Source: the human T2T-CHM13v2.0 reference genome, Homo sapiens | NCBI RefSeq assembly: GCF_009914755.1 | Contig: NC_060928.1 | DNA: 64,000 nucleotides | Reading direction: 5' to 3' (one strand) | Shown: positions 28,891-39,050 of the stretch, piece after piece | How positions within the stretch are numbered: position 1 is the first letter of the stretch | Layout of the letters: every line of letters begins with the position of its first letter | Program-made: the position numbers and the translations under genes | The notes under the pieces: generated by a model | Seen by the model: only the letters and a program-made list of their open reading frames with translations | What the model was told of the DNA's origin: nothing | The model's database searches: none

Positions 28891-31800
28891 GATTTTATTC
28901 TGTACCTTGAAATAGTCTAAGGTATGGATTATTTGTTCTTTGAGGATTTTAAATACATTGCCTATGGATTGACCTTGATGTATATATGTTTTGGCAAGGA
29001 ACAGAGTTTTAAACTATAGTATTAATTTAACTTCTTTAATGATTAAAAGTGTAGATTTGTGAAGTTACATGTTTCTAGAATATTGTGTTTTATCTGAGTT
29101 TTAAAATTTATTGGCTTTAAGTTGTTTATACTGTTTTATATGATGTAAAAAATCTCAGTTACATCTTTAAATTTTTTTGTTCCTAATAATTACTTATCTG
29201 TATCTTCTTTTGTGTCCTTTATCAGGCTGACAGTTTGTCTATTTTATTTCACTCTTGTCGAAATCCTGTTTGTTTTGTTAATATTGTCTGTTTATTTCTG
29301 CTCTTTTATTTCCTTTCTTGGAATTTACTTTTTTACTTATTGTTTTAATATTTATACACCTCCCACATGAATTTTAAGTCTTTGTTTTCTCTCATATTAT
29401 TTTAAGGCTATGAATTTTCTCTTTAAGAACCACCTTAGCCACCTCCACAAGTTTTGATATATTAATTTGATTATGATCATCAAATATTAAAAGGTTTTTA
29501 ATTACTAATATGTCACTTCCTTGAAATATGAATTATCTAGAAGCATATGTTTTAATTTCCAAATATGTATGTATGTTTTTTTTTTTGTTGTCTGTTGGGT
29601 TTTAAAAACATCTTTGCCTATTGATTTCTACTTGTGCGTGATTAGAGAATAGGTTAATATGACTTTTTTTGTATTTCCTGATACTTGCCTTGTGACTTAG
29701 TATTTATTGGTCATATATTTTAATGGTTCTGTCTATATCTGGAAATTACATTTTCTTAATTGTTAGTTACAGGGTACTATACAGTCTGTTAAATCAGGTG
29801 TTAGGATAAAATCTTCTGTATACGTATACATTTTTGTCTGTTCTTCTATGAGTTGCAGAGAGATGTTTGTTAAAATCTCCCATGGTGGTCAGTTTCTCCT
29901 TACAATTCTGCCCATTTCTGTTTTATATAATTTGTACTAAGTTATATTGGTGAATACAAGTTCAGGTATAATACCTTCTTTACAGATTTAACTGTTCCTT
30001 TTATAGTTATGTGGACACTGCTTTATGGCTATGCTTTTTGCCTTTAAGTTTATACTACCTGATATTGAAATACCTATAATAGCTTTCTTTTGATTAATAT
30101 TTGCCTAGTGTATCTTTTTCACGTTCTTCAAAATTTTTCCATTATTAGACACTAGATATATCTCTATAAGAAAATAGCAGTAACTGGTTTTATTTTGTAT
30201 CCTATTTGAGAATATGTTTCTGGCTAAGTTAAATTTAATCCAAATATATTTACTCTCCTTGCTGATCTGTTTGAATTTATCTCTGGAATCTTGTTTTGTG
30301 GTTTCTGTTTTTCACACCTTTTATCTTCTCTCATTCTCTTGAACAATTCAGGATCTTCAGAGGCTTTAATTTTAGCCACTGCTCTCGCATCTTAAATTAT
30401 GTGTTAACGTTGTCTGGTATTTTGTTTTGTTTCAAATGTCTCTCAAAACAGTCACTGTTTTTGTTGTTTCTTTCAGTCATAATTTAGATATACTTATGTG
30501 TTTATTTCTCTGTTTATCATTGCATTTTGCTTGTTATTCATTTTTTTTTTTTCTTTCTTAAAAATATGTTCTTCAGTAAAAGCTACTTCAGTGAGCAACT
30601 GGGAATGATAAATTCTCTTAGTCTTTGCCTGAAAATACTTTATTTTCAGTCTCACTTGAAAGTAATAATGTAACTAGATATAAAATTCCAGATTAACAAT
30701 TAGTTTTCAATAATTATTTCTCAGTTATTTTGAGGTTGTCATTGTTGCTGTTGAGAAGTTTGTAGTCAGTCAACTTGGTTCGGGTTCTTTTTAGATAAGC
30801 TGCCATTTCTCTGATTGCTTGAAAAATATTCTCATTGTCTTTGTTGTCATATGGTTTCCCTATAATATGATTGGGTGTGGATTTAAACAGTTTTTTTTTT
30901 TTTTGCTAATATTTGGTGTGTTTCTTGAATCTGAAGGATGTGTCTTTTATCAGTTCTGAAAAAAAAACACTAGCCATTATCTCTTTGAATATTGTTTTTT
31001 CTTCATGCCTTCTGGAATATTAGTTATGTAGAAATATTAGTGCTAATATTAGTTTATTAGTTATATATTGCATCTTATCTTCCACATTTCTTAACCTTTC
31101 TTTTTATAGTCTTTTGATCTATCTATGCTGCATTTAGAGACATTTCCTCAGATCTGCCTTCTAGCTTACTAATTATTTCTTCAGTTCTAGTTTTAACTCA
31201 TCCTTTGAATTTTTAACTCTAATTACTGTTTTTCATTTCTATTAGTTATCTTTGATTCTTCATCAACTCTATGTTTTAATGCTTTCTTTTCTCATATTTT
31301 CAATTTATTGTTATATAGTTTCATGATGTAAAAAAATCCCTATTTTTTAGTTTTCATTTGATAATCCTCTTATTTGATATTCTTGGTCAATTGTTACAGC
31401 AGTTTCTTGTGTTTGCATAGCGGATTGCTTTCTCTCTCCTGTTTTATAATGTTTTACTTAGCTATTGTTAAGGAGATTGGCATTATTCCACCCTGGAAAA
31501 TACTGTGTGAGTGGTAAAGTGCCCCTCAAAATGCCTTTCTTTGCTTCTGGCAGTAGTTTCAAGGATATCACCAAGTTGGGAGCAGTTTTTTATATTAACT
31601 CTTTGGAATACAGTTTCATAGACCCTCTGGTAGTATGAACTTGCACTCCAATCTAATATGAGATGTAGGCTCAGAGTATTGAGTTTTTCACAGAAGCCCT
31701 TTAAAATGGCTATATTTAGAGATCTTGAAATAAAATAAATTTGCTTGCTAATTGGTTAGAATTTTACCCTTTCACTGAGGAATGTAGCCCTTCTAGGTCC

Positions 31801-32810
31801 AGGCTTTTATCCAGAGCACTGACTCATTATTCCAATACCTAACGTGGGCCCAAAGCCTAACCTTACAAGTGAAGTTGCCCATGCTGATGATGGGTTGTAA
31901 GGGCCAGTAAGAGAGAGAATGTCCAGGAAGTGACTAGTGAAGTGGAGGTGGAAGATTCAGTCATGTCCCTTAATAGTGTTCGCTTCAGCAGGAATGCATT
32001 TGTATAAAAGGTTGTAGAAGTAAGGGTGTGCAGACAGTACTGGGGAGCGAAGCCACCCACCTTTTGTTCTGATGCTATAGCATCTGAACCATGCAGGAGC
32101 GAACAGCTTCAGCTTGAGAAGGTTGTTATTAGGTGAGTTATGTTCGTTCAGTTAAGAGTAAGAAATGGAATGCCCATTTAGTGAGGATATTGAAGATGTA
32201 GGGGAAGTTTGTTTACCCACCTGCATGAGTCTCAACTGAGACTGGTAGCAGAAATAGTTGGATCTAAGACTTCTGTTTAGTTCCACAGTAGTGGGTGTTC
32301 AAGAAACAAGTTTTGCTCTGAACTCTGCCTAACCAGCTGTGAGACTGTGCATACAGTAGTTAAGTGATTTCCTTGATTTAAAACTGATTGAGTTCAAAGA
32401 ACTTGTGATATTTCAAGAGATACCATTGCAGCCTACTTTATTCTGTTGTCCTTTCTTTATGTTAACAGTCATAAAAAATTTGTGATACAATACAGGTTTT
32501 TAAATTTAAAGATTTGTTGTCTTAGGTAAATTTTTAAGCCTTTTTGGTTAGTACATTTAGATTTTCTGTTAAAGCCTCATGTTTATGTTCACTTCTGTTT
32601 GTTTTTTAAACCTGTTTTTTTTTTGTTTCTATTTCTTAACTTTCCTAGTGTAGGTAGTAGAGAATGGTAATAACTGTACAGTAACTTCAGTAAAGGGAGA
32701 TGAAACAGTGACATATTAGTGACATCAGTTCTCTTGTGTGTATGTATTTGTGGTGACTGTAAAGGGAACCCTGGACTTCATGAGCATGTTTCTTTCTTGG
32801 TGTTTTTCAG

Positions 32811-33084
32811 GGACCATGGCTAAACCTCCTGGATCATTAGCCAGAAGCAGCAGCCTGTGCCGTTCACGCCGCAGCATTGTGCCGTCCTCGCCTCAGCCTC
32901 AGCGAGCTCAGCTTGCTCCACACGCCCCCCACCCGTCACACCCTCGGCACCCTCACCACCCGCAACACACACCACACTCCTTGCCTTCCCCTGATCCAGA
33001 TATCCTCTCAGTGTCAAGTTGCCCTGCGCTTTATCGAAATGAAGAGGAGGAAGAGGCCATTTACTTCTCTGCTGAAAAGCAATG
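32811..33084 (+). CDS. STIM2: STIM2 coding exon (inferred exon 12), His/Pro-rich and Glu-rich region
   Basis: tttttcAG|GGACC...CAATG|GTattg, 274 nt; GTMAKPPGSLARSSSLCRSRRS...PHAPHPSHPRHPHHPQHTPH...NEEEEEAIYFSAEKQ(W); phase matches the last exon. Confidence 0.96.
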
Positions 33085-33107
33085 GTATTGGCAGTGAATA
33101 ATCTACA

Positions 33108-33154
33108 GGGCATGTTGGGGCTGGGTTGGGGGTAAGGTGTGAGGAGGGGGCGGG
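33108..33154 (+). promoter_or_regulatory. G-run cluster / potential RNA G-quadruplex downstream of the exon 12 donor
   Basis: six G>=3 tracts: GGG-catgtt-GGGG-ct-GGG-tt-GGGGG-...-GGGGG-c-GGG. Confidence 0.55.
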
Positions 33155-33169
33155 AGGAGTGGTGCATGT

Positions 33170-33779
33170 TTCCATTTTCTGTTGCTACATATCAAGGTAC
33201 CACAGACTTTGCAGCCTCAGACATCACCCATTTTTTAGCTCTTAGTTCTGTACATCAGAATTCCAAGCCTGGTGTGACTGGGGTTTTTGCTCAGGGCCTT
33301 ACAAGGCTAAAATCATGGTGTTGGCCAGGCTGCATTCTCATCTGGAGCTTGCAGTTCTCAAAGTTCATGTGGTTGTGGCGAACTTCATTTCCTGTGGCTC
33401 CAGGACGGAGGTCCCCGTGTCTGTGCTTTCTGTCAGCTGCATGGCGGCTGCTCTCAGGTCCTGGAGGCTGTCCACTGTTCCTTGCCACAGGATCTCCCAT
33501 CTTCAAAGCCAGCAATAGAGAATTTCTCTGCTGTAGATTCCTCCTTTGCTTTGAGTCTCCAACTTCCGTCTCTCTGATCTCTAGACTAAAATGTAAAAGG
33601 CTCCCCTGGATAATAATAATCTCTCTATATTAACATCAACTAGTTTGGGGCCTTAATTTTATCTTCAGAATCCCTTTACAGCAGCATCTATTTTTATGTT
33701 TGATTGGAAAACTGGAAGAAGGTGTGTGTACACCAGGGGCTGGGAATTTGGGAGCCATCTTAGAATTCTGCCTACCACA
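33170..33779 (-). mobile_element. MaLR solo LTR (MLT1E/F-like)
   Basis: ttagttctgtacatcagaattccaagcctgg...; ends ggagccatcttagaattctgcctaccaca, the reverse complement of the MLT1 start. Confidence 0.8.
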
Positions 33780-34499
33780 GACATGTAGGTAGATATTTTG
33801 AGATGTAACTGCTTAGAGGTCACTGGACACGGTTGACTCAGATCTCAGAGCATAAACTTGTCATGAACAATTTTATATGTAAAATGGAAAAGCATGAGCT
33901 TGAATATACTTGAACACGAAGAAATATCGGATATGACTGACTTAAAAATATTTGTTGTCACTTAATGATTTATTCTGTTATGTGCTGGTACTTGCTAACA
34001 CATAAGCAGTATCATATGCCAAAGGTTTAAGAAAATGTCAGGAACTTAGAAAAGTAAATTAGTAACTTAACAAAATGGGCATAGCAGCAGCGTATTTCAG
34101 TCCAACTTAATGACATCAGTGCTCCATGAAACTCTTAATTTGAGGAGCTCTGTTCTTAAACCACATTACTCTTTAAAAGCAGTATGGTATTGAGTGGTAG
34201 TTTCAGGTATTGCCACTGAGTAGCTATGTGTCCCCAAAGGCTTTACCCTCTTCTATGAGAAGCAAAAGGGAGTGGTCTACACTCTTTATCATGTGACTCT
34301 TTAGGTGACATTATCATCAATAATCATTTTTCATTCATAATTATCTAGTAGTAAAAGAAAATTTTATGATTTGCAAGTGATCAGTGCAGCATATTCCTAA
34401 GGAGATAATGCAGGCTTTATATCTTCATTGCAGTTGGAGAATCTGATGCGACTTTGCTTGGTTAACACTTTATGACTAGCTTTTCGTCTGTCTTTGCAG

Positions 34500-34596
34500 T
34501 ATGATCATAGTCACCAGCAAGATGCCTTTACTGACAGAACTGGTCTTGTGTGGTTTCTGGAAATCAGAAGGAAAACTCGAGAGCTGCACTGTCTAA
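34500..34596 (+). CDS. STIM2: Candidate alternative terminal exon of STIM2 giving ...EKQ-CMIIVTSKMPLLTELVLCGFWKSEGKLESCTV*
   Basis: acceptor ttttcgtctgtctttgcAG (AG 34498-34499), frame open for 32 codons in phase with exon 12, TAA 34594-34596 overlapped by AATAAA 34595-34600; no RNA evidence available here. Confidence 0.45.
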
Positions 34597-34782
34597 TAAA
34601 ACTTCCTGCATTGATGGAACGTTCAGTTCTCATTTCAATAGCAATGTCAAAGTTTCATAGCTAGCTCTCATAAATAAGAGAATGATTTGAATTTGGAAAA
34701 CTTTTCTTCCTCTTCATTTTCAGTCTCTCCTCTATTGAACCACCAGAATCCTTACAAAATAATAATGTTGAATATTTACTGA

Positions 34783-34819
34783 TTTTTTTTTTTTTATGAG
34801 ACGGAGTCTCGCTCTGTTG
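34783..34819 (-). mobile_element. Severely truncated Alu tail fragment
   Basis: T13-AT-GAGACGGAGTCTCGCTCTGTTG; TSD not clear. Confidence 0.75.
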
Positions 34820-35084
34820 GAATGTTCTATGCCTTATGCACATATATGCTCATTTAAACCTCATTTTGAGTTTTCTTACATGTGAATTCAACTCCATGTC
34901 ACTCTGGGGAAAAAAAGAAATAGAAAAAAATAGCATAAGTGGTACAGATAGTTCAACATTCCAAAGAGTATGTACTCTGCAAGAAAATAAAATTTGAACT
35001 TGTATTATGTCTTATTATCCAAGTCAGATTAGTTATGCAGAAGAAGCAACACTTTGGATTATTGTCATTACGCAATTCAAATGT

Positions 35085-35260
35085 TAGAACTAGAAGGTAA
35101 CATTAGTGATTAATCAAATTTTCTTACTTTAACAGATAGGAAAATTGAGACCTCAAGAGATCAAGTGATTTACTGAGGCTTTTACAACTGATTAATGGTA
35201 GGACCATCTTAGGAACCCAAGTCTCCTGACTTAAATCAGTATTCTTTTCACACATTGTTT
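35085..35260 (-). mobile_element. MIR SINE
   Basis: tttaacagataggaaaattgagacctcaagagatcaagtgatttactgagg...ggaacccaagtctcctgact. Confidence 0.65.
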
Positions 35261-36101
35261 AGAGTTTAGAGGCTAGTTTTTAAAATATTTTTAGCCTAGC
35301 TTAGAATTTCACACACAATGCAGCAAAGCCACATAACAGAAGAGAAAATATTCATAAAATTATAACTGAATCAGCTTCTGACTTTGGAAGCTGAACAGCT
35401 TCAGGGAACAGTGATATATTCTGTTCAATTAATGGACAGCCATTCCAAAAAAGGCTTTGCAGAAATGCCTCTATCAATGATTGATTTCTGAGTCTGATCA
35501 TTTCCTCATATCTGAACTGCTTCTTGCTTTCTGTTAGCACTACCCATTATTGAATTATAAAAGCATTTGAGAATTATGCAGCACACGTAGGTGTATTATG
35601 TGAAACCATTAGGTCGTTATTTAGGGGATTTTGTACCTTTCGAGAGCTTGTAGTGCAGTAAAGACGATCTTCATAGACATATGTGAGTAAAGTACATAGA
35701 AATGACTAAATTCAGCAATCTGAATATGTATCTAAAATGTGGTATTAACATAGAATATTCATCAAAATTAAGTGCCAGACCTCCAGTAAATGTGTACATC
35801 AGTAACATGAAAATGATATTAATCATAGGCCATCTAAGGTAAGAGATCATTTAGTTTATTCATTTTGTAAATATGAATTTAGTCCTTGCTATGAGAGGTG
35901 CATTTGCCTATAACATGAGCTGCCAAGACAAGTGAGACAAGGACCTGGCCTAGTTCCAGCTGCTGGGTTATAATCATATGTGCTCTTGCCTTTCTGTTCT
36001 GCCTTCAGCTCTGTTCCCTTCTCACACTGTATTTCTTTTGCCACTTTTTACCTTGACTCTCCCTTTCATTTCTCAATCATTTCCTTTCATGGAGTGAACA
36101 G

Positions 36102-36138
36102 TATTCACCTTGGGCTCGGTGCGTGCAAAAGTGAATGA
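36102..36138 (+). CDS. STIM2: Alternative STIM2 exon, coding part, giving short C-terminus ...EKQ-CIHLGLGACKSE* (STIM2.3-type isoform); exon probably runs to donor after 36169
   Basis: aacAG|T ATT CAC CTT GGG CTC GGT GCG TGC AAA AGT GAA TGA in phase with exon 12; donor AAA|GTGAGT at 36170; the 12-residue tail matches my recollection of the described short STIM2 isoform. Confidence 0.8.
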
Positions 36139-36209
36139 GACTAAGTAGTAAAGCTCTCAAAAAAAAAAAGTGAGTAAGATGTGATCCCTGTTCTTTAATA
36201 TCTCACTCT

Positions 36210-36960
36210 GTTCATTCATTCATTCACCCACCCTTCCATTCATTCATCCAACACATTTTTATGAAGTACCTACCGTAAGCTTGCCACTCTTCTAGTGCAG
36301 AGAAGACAGAAGTTAATAAGGCTCCTTGTCCTTATTTATTTCTTTTTTTCTGGGATTCTGCCTATAAACAAGTTAATATAAAATATCATTTTAGGTTTTG
36401 GTAAGTTTTGGGGTTGCAAACAAAGACAGGTAAAAGGAAAGAGAATGCTGTTTCAGACAAGGTGGTTAGGGCAGGCAGCAGTAACCTGCGTACCCTGGAG
36501 AAGTAAGCCACGTGGAGATGGAGAGTAGATAACACCAAGCAGAGGGAACAGCAAATGCAGGGCCCTGAGGGGTCTCGAGGTTGGCATGTTACAGGAACAC
36601 AAGGGAGTGTGCAGTTGGAGACAGCCAGGGACCACATGTACACGGCCTGGTACGCTTTGACAAGGACTTTGGATCTTACTCTGAGTATGAGAGAAAGCAC
36701 TGGGAAGTTTCAAGTAAGTGAATGATATGTTTTGCTTGAGTTTTTAAAAATCACTTTAATGGCTGTGTAGAGAAGTAGCTGGGAGGGAAGAATGAGAATG
36801 AAAGCAGGAAGACCAATTAGGAAGCCGTTGCAATCATTTAGTTGAGTTCCTGGCTGTTGCAGAGGAAGGATGGGAGCAGGGGACATAATAAGGAATGGTG
36901 GATTTGAGAGAGATTTGAAGGAATGGGTGATGGCATTTACTATATGTTGGTTTTGGGGTT
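36210..36960 (-). mobile_element. L2 LINE 3' portion
   Basis: (TTCA)n tail then acacatttttatgaagtacctacc...; aaggactttggatcttactctgag...gggaagtttcaagtaagtgaatgatatg. Confidence 0.75.
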
Positions 36961-37619
36961 ACAAAATTTATTTTTCCACTGTGGAGAAAAGGAGGAAAAC
37001 ATTCAAAAGTAAGAATGCTGTGAGAATTTACTGAATGTCTGTTTTTTTTAAAAATAGCATCATATGTTTGCCCCTCCCCTCCACTGCCATACTCTGATGT
37101 GCCTCGATTCCCTGCCCCCCTTTTAAATTTGGTAGAACTTACATTTTAGTGTAATTCCTTTCATGTATATTTCTTCCTTCCTAACAAAGCTATAGTTCAT
37201 CAAGTTAATGACAAAGGGAGAGGCAGTGACTAAAATTCATCTTTTAAAATAGCGTTAACTCTGATTTAGAAAGAAAAATAGTATTGAAACAAAACATAAA
37301 AGTAGCTGAGATGATAGCTGAATCACCCGTAAAATTTAACATTTTAATTTATTTGACAAAAAGGAGGTGTACCTTATATTGTCTGTAGTTTGTAAGATTT
37401 CTTTATTATGGTTTATGTTAAAAATCCAGCATTGAGTTTTGAGAAGCCATATTATTTAAAGAAGTAATGTTCTAATTTTGCTGAAATGTATATAGAATCA
37501 TATCATTTCCCTCTTTTAAATTTCAAAAAGCAATGAAAGTTGTTTTAGTTAGAATGTCTGCTAGTACTCTTAAGAACATACTGATTTAAAATTTGTACCT
37601 TTGTTTGTGTTTCATTCAG

Positions 37620-38097
37620 GGAAGTGCCAGACACAGCTTCAGAATGTGACTCCTTAAATTCTTCCATTGGAAGGAAACAGTCTCCTCCTTTAAGCCTCGA
37701 GATATACCAAACATTATCTCCGCGAAAGATATCAAGAGATGAGGTGTCCCTAGAGGATTCCTCCCGAGGGGATTCGCCTGTAACTGTGGATGTGTCTTGG
37801 GGTTCTCCCGACTGTGTAGGTCTGACAGAAACTAAGAGTATGATCTTCAGTCCTGCAAGCAAAGTGTACAATGGCATTTTGGAGAAATCCTGTAGCATGA
37901 ACCAGCTTTCCAGTGGCATCCCGGTGCCTAAACCTCGCCACACATCATGTTCCTCAGCTGGCAACGACAGTAAACCAGTTCAGGAAGCCCCAAGTGTTGC
38001 CAGAATAAGCAGCATCCCACATGACCTTTGTCATAATGGAGAGAAAAGCAAAAAGCCATCAAAAATCAAAAGCCTTTTTAAGAAGAAATCTAAGTGA
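37620..38097 (+). CDS. STIM2: STIM2 last coding exon with SxIP motifs and polybasic tail
   Basis: ttcattcAG|GGAAG; (W)EVPDTASECDSLNSSIGRKQ...SGIP...SSIP...KSKKPSKIKSLFKKKSK*, TGA 38095-38097 (ORF 37624..38097). Confidence 0.97.
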
Positions 38098-38547
38098 ACT
38101 GGCTGACTTGATGGAATCATGTTCAAGTGGCATCTGTAAACTATTATCCCCCACCCTCCACTCCCCACCTTTTTTTTGGTTTAATTTTAGGAATGTAACT
38201 CCATTGGGGCTTTCCAGGCCGGATGCCATAGTGGAACATCCAGAAGGGCAACTGTCTACTGTCTGCTTATTTAAGTGACTATATATAATCAATTCATCAA
38301 GCCAGTTATTACTGAAAAATCATTGAAATGAGACAGTTTACAGTCATTTCTGCCTATTTATTTCTGCTTTGTTCTCAGTGATGTATATGCAACATTTTGT
38401 TGAAAGCCACGATGGACTTACAAGCTTTAATGGACTCGTAAGCCAGCATGGGCTTGCAAAAATTTCTTGTTTACCAGAGCATCTTCTTATCTTTCCACAG
38501 AGCTATTTACATCCTGGACTATATAACTTAAAAGAAGTAAAACGTAA

Positions 38548-38555
38548 TTGCACTA
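38548..38555 (+). promoter_or_regulatory. miR-130/301 family 8mer seed match (TTGCACTA) in 3'UTR
   Basis: exact 8mer; second copy at 39793-39800. Confidence 0.5.
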
Positions 38556-38814
38556 CTGTTTTCCAGACTGGAAAAAAAAAAAATCTCTGCAAGTGAAACT
38601 GTATAGAGTTTATAAAATGACTATGGATAGGGGACTGTTTTCACTTTTAGATCAAAATGGGTTTTTAAGTAGAACCTAGGGTTTCTAATTGACTTGATTT
38701 CTGGAAATGAAAACCCGCGCTTTTATTATGGGAAGCTTCTTGAACTGCATTTACTATTGTGAAGTTTCAAGTCCCGCTGTAAAGATCATGTTGTTTTGTT
38801 TTCCCCAGGGCTTT

Positions 38815-38822
38815 CACTGTGA
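38815..38822 (+). promoter_or_regulatory. miR-128-3p 8mer seed match (CACTGTGA) in 3'UTR
   Basis: exact 8mer complement of the miR-128 seed; function not shown by sequence. Confidence 0.55.
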
Positions 38823-38977
38823 TTTACTGCATTGCAGGCTGTATGATAAAACACACATAATTTAAAGAGAGAAGGCTCTTGATTCCTTATGCAAGTGGAA
38901 GAGTTGAAACTTGATTGAAGGACTTAAAACATTCACAACCTTAAGCCGAGGTGGGGGGATATGGGGATTCAGGCAAT

Positions 38978-38985
38978 TGTTTACA
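38978..38985 (+). promoter_or_regulatory. miR-30-5p family 8mer seed match (TGTTTACA) in 3'UTR
   Basis: exact 8mer; second 7mer-m8 TGTTTAC at 38468-38474. Confidence 0.5.
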
Positions 38986-39044
38986 CACTTTGAATAACTG
39001 CAAAGGATTTACGGTTTGTGAAAAATGTGTACTGTGGAAAAGAT

Positions 39045-39050
39045 AATAAA
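39045..39050 (+). terminator. Candidate polyadenylation signal AATAAA
   Basis: AATAAA followed by GT-rich tattgtgtgggattgtgctgatttttgttg. Confidence 0.45.

Larger units (their letters stand above)
26230..31500 (-). mobile_element. Ancient, highly diverged LINE-1 (L1M/L1ME-type), interrupted by MER44 and MIR
   Basis: long T-rich stretch with reverse L1 motifs (e.g. gctaagacctccagtaaaatattgaatgaaaatggtga; ttagccattatctctttgaatattg); boundaries approximate. Confidence 0.65.

Noticed and set aside
32738-32810. In-frame open sequence upstream of exon 12, suggesting an extended exon
   Set aside because: The candidate upstream acceptor (cAG 32726-32728) is 82 nt away, out of frame and reaches TAA; the open frame is just T-rich intron
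33139-33633. 164-aa ORF, the longest non-STIM2 ORF in the window
   Set aside because: Lies within an MLT1 LTR, non-ATG start, no recognisable domain, not in the exon 12 read-through path (stop at 33095)
34579-34593. ESCTV as a class I PDZ-binding motif
   Set aside because: Class I needs S/T at position -2; here -2 is Cys
37545-37964. 139-aa antisense ORF over the last exon (also 23848-24093 and 32820-33167)
   Set aside because: Shadow ORFs opposite real coding exons; no independent support
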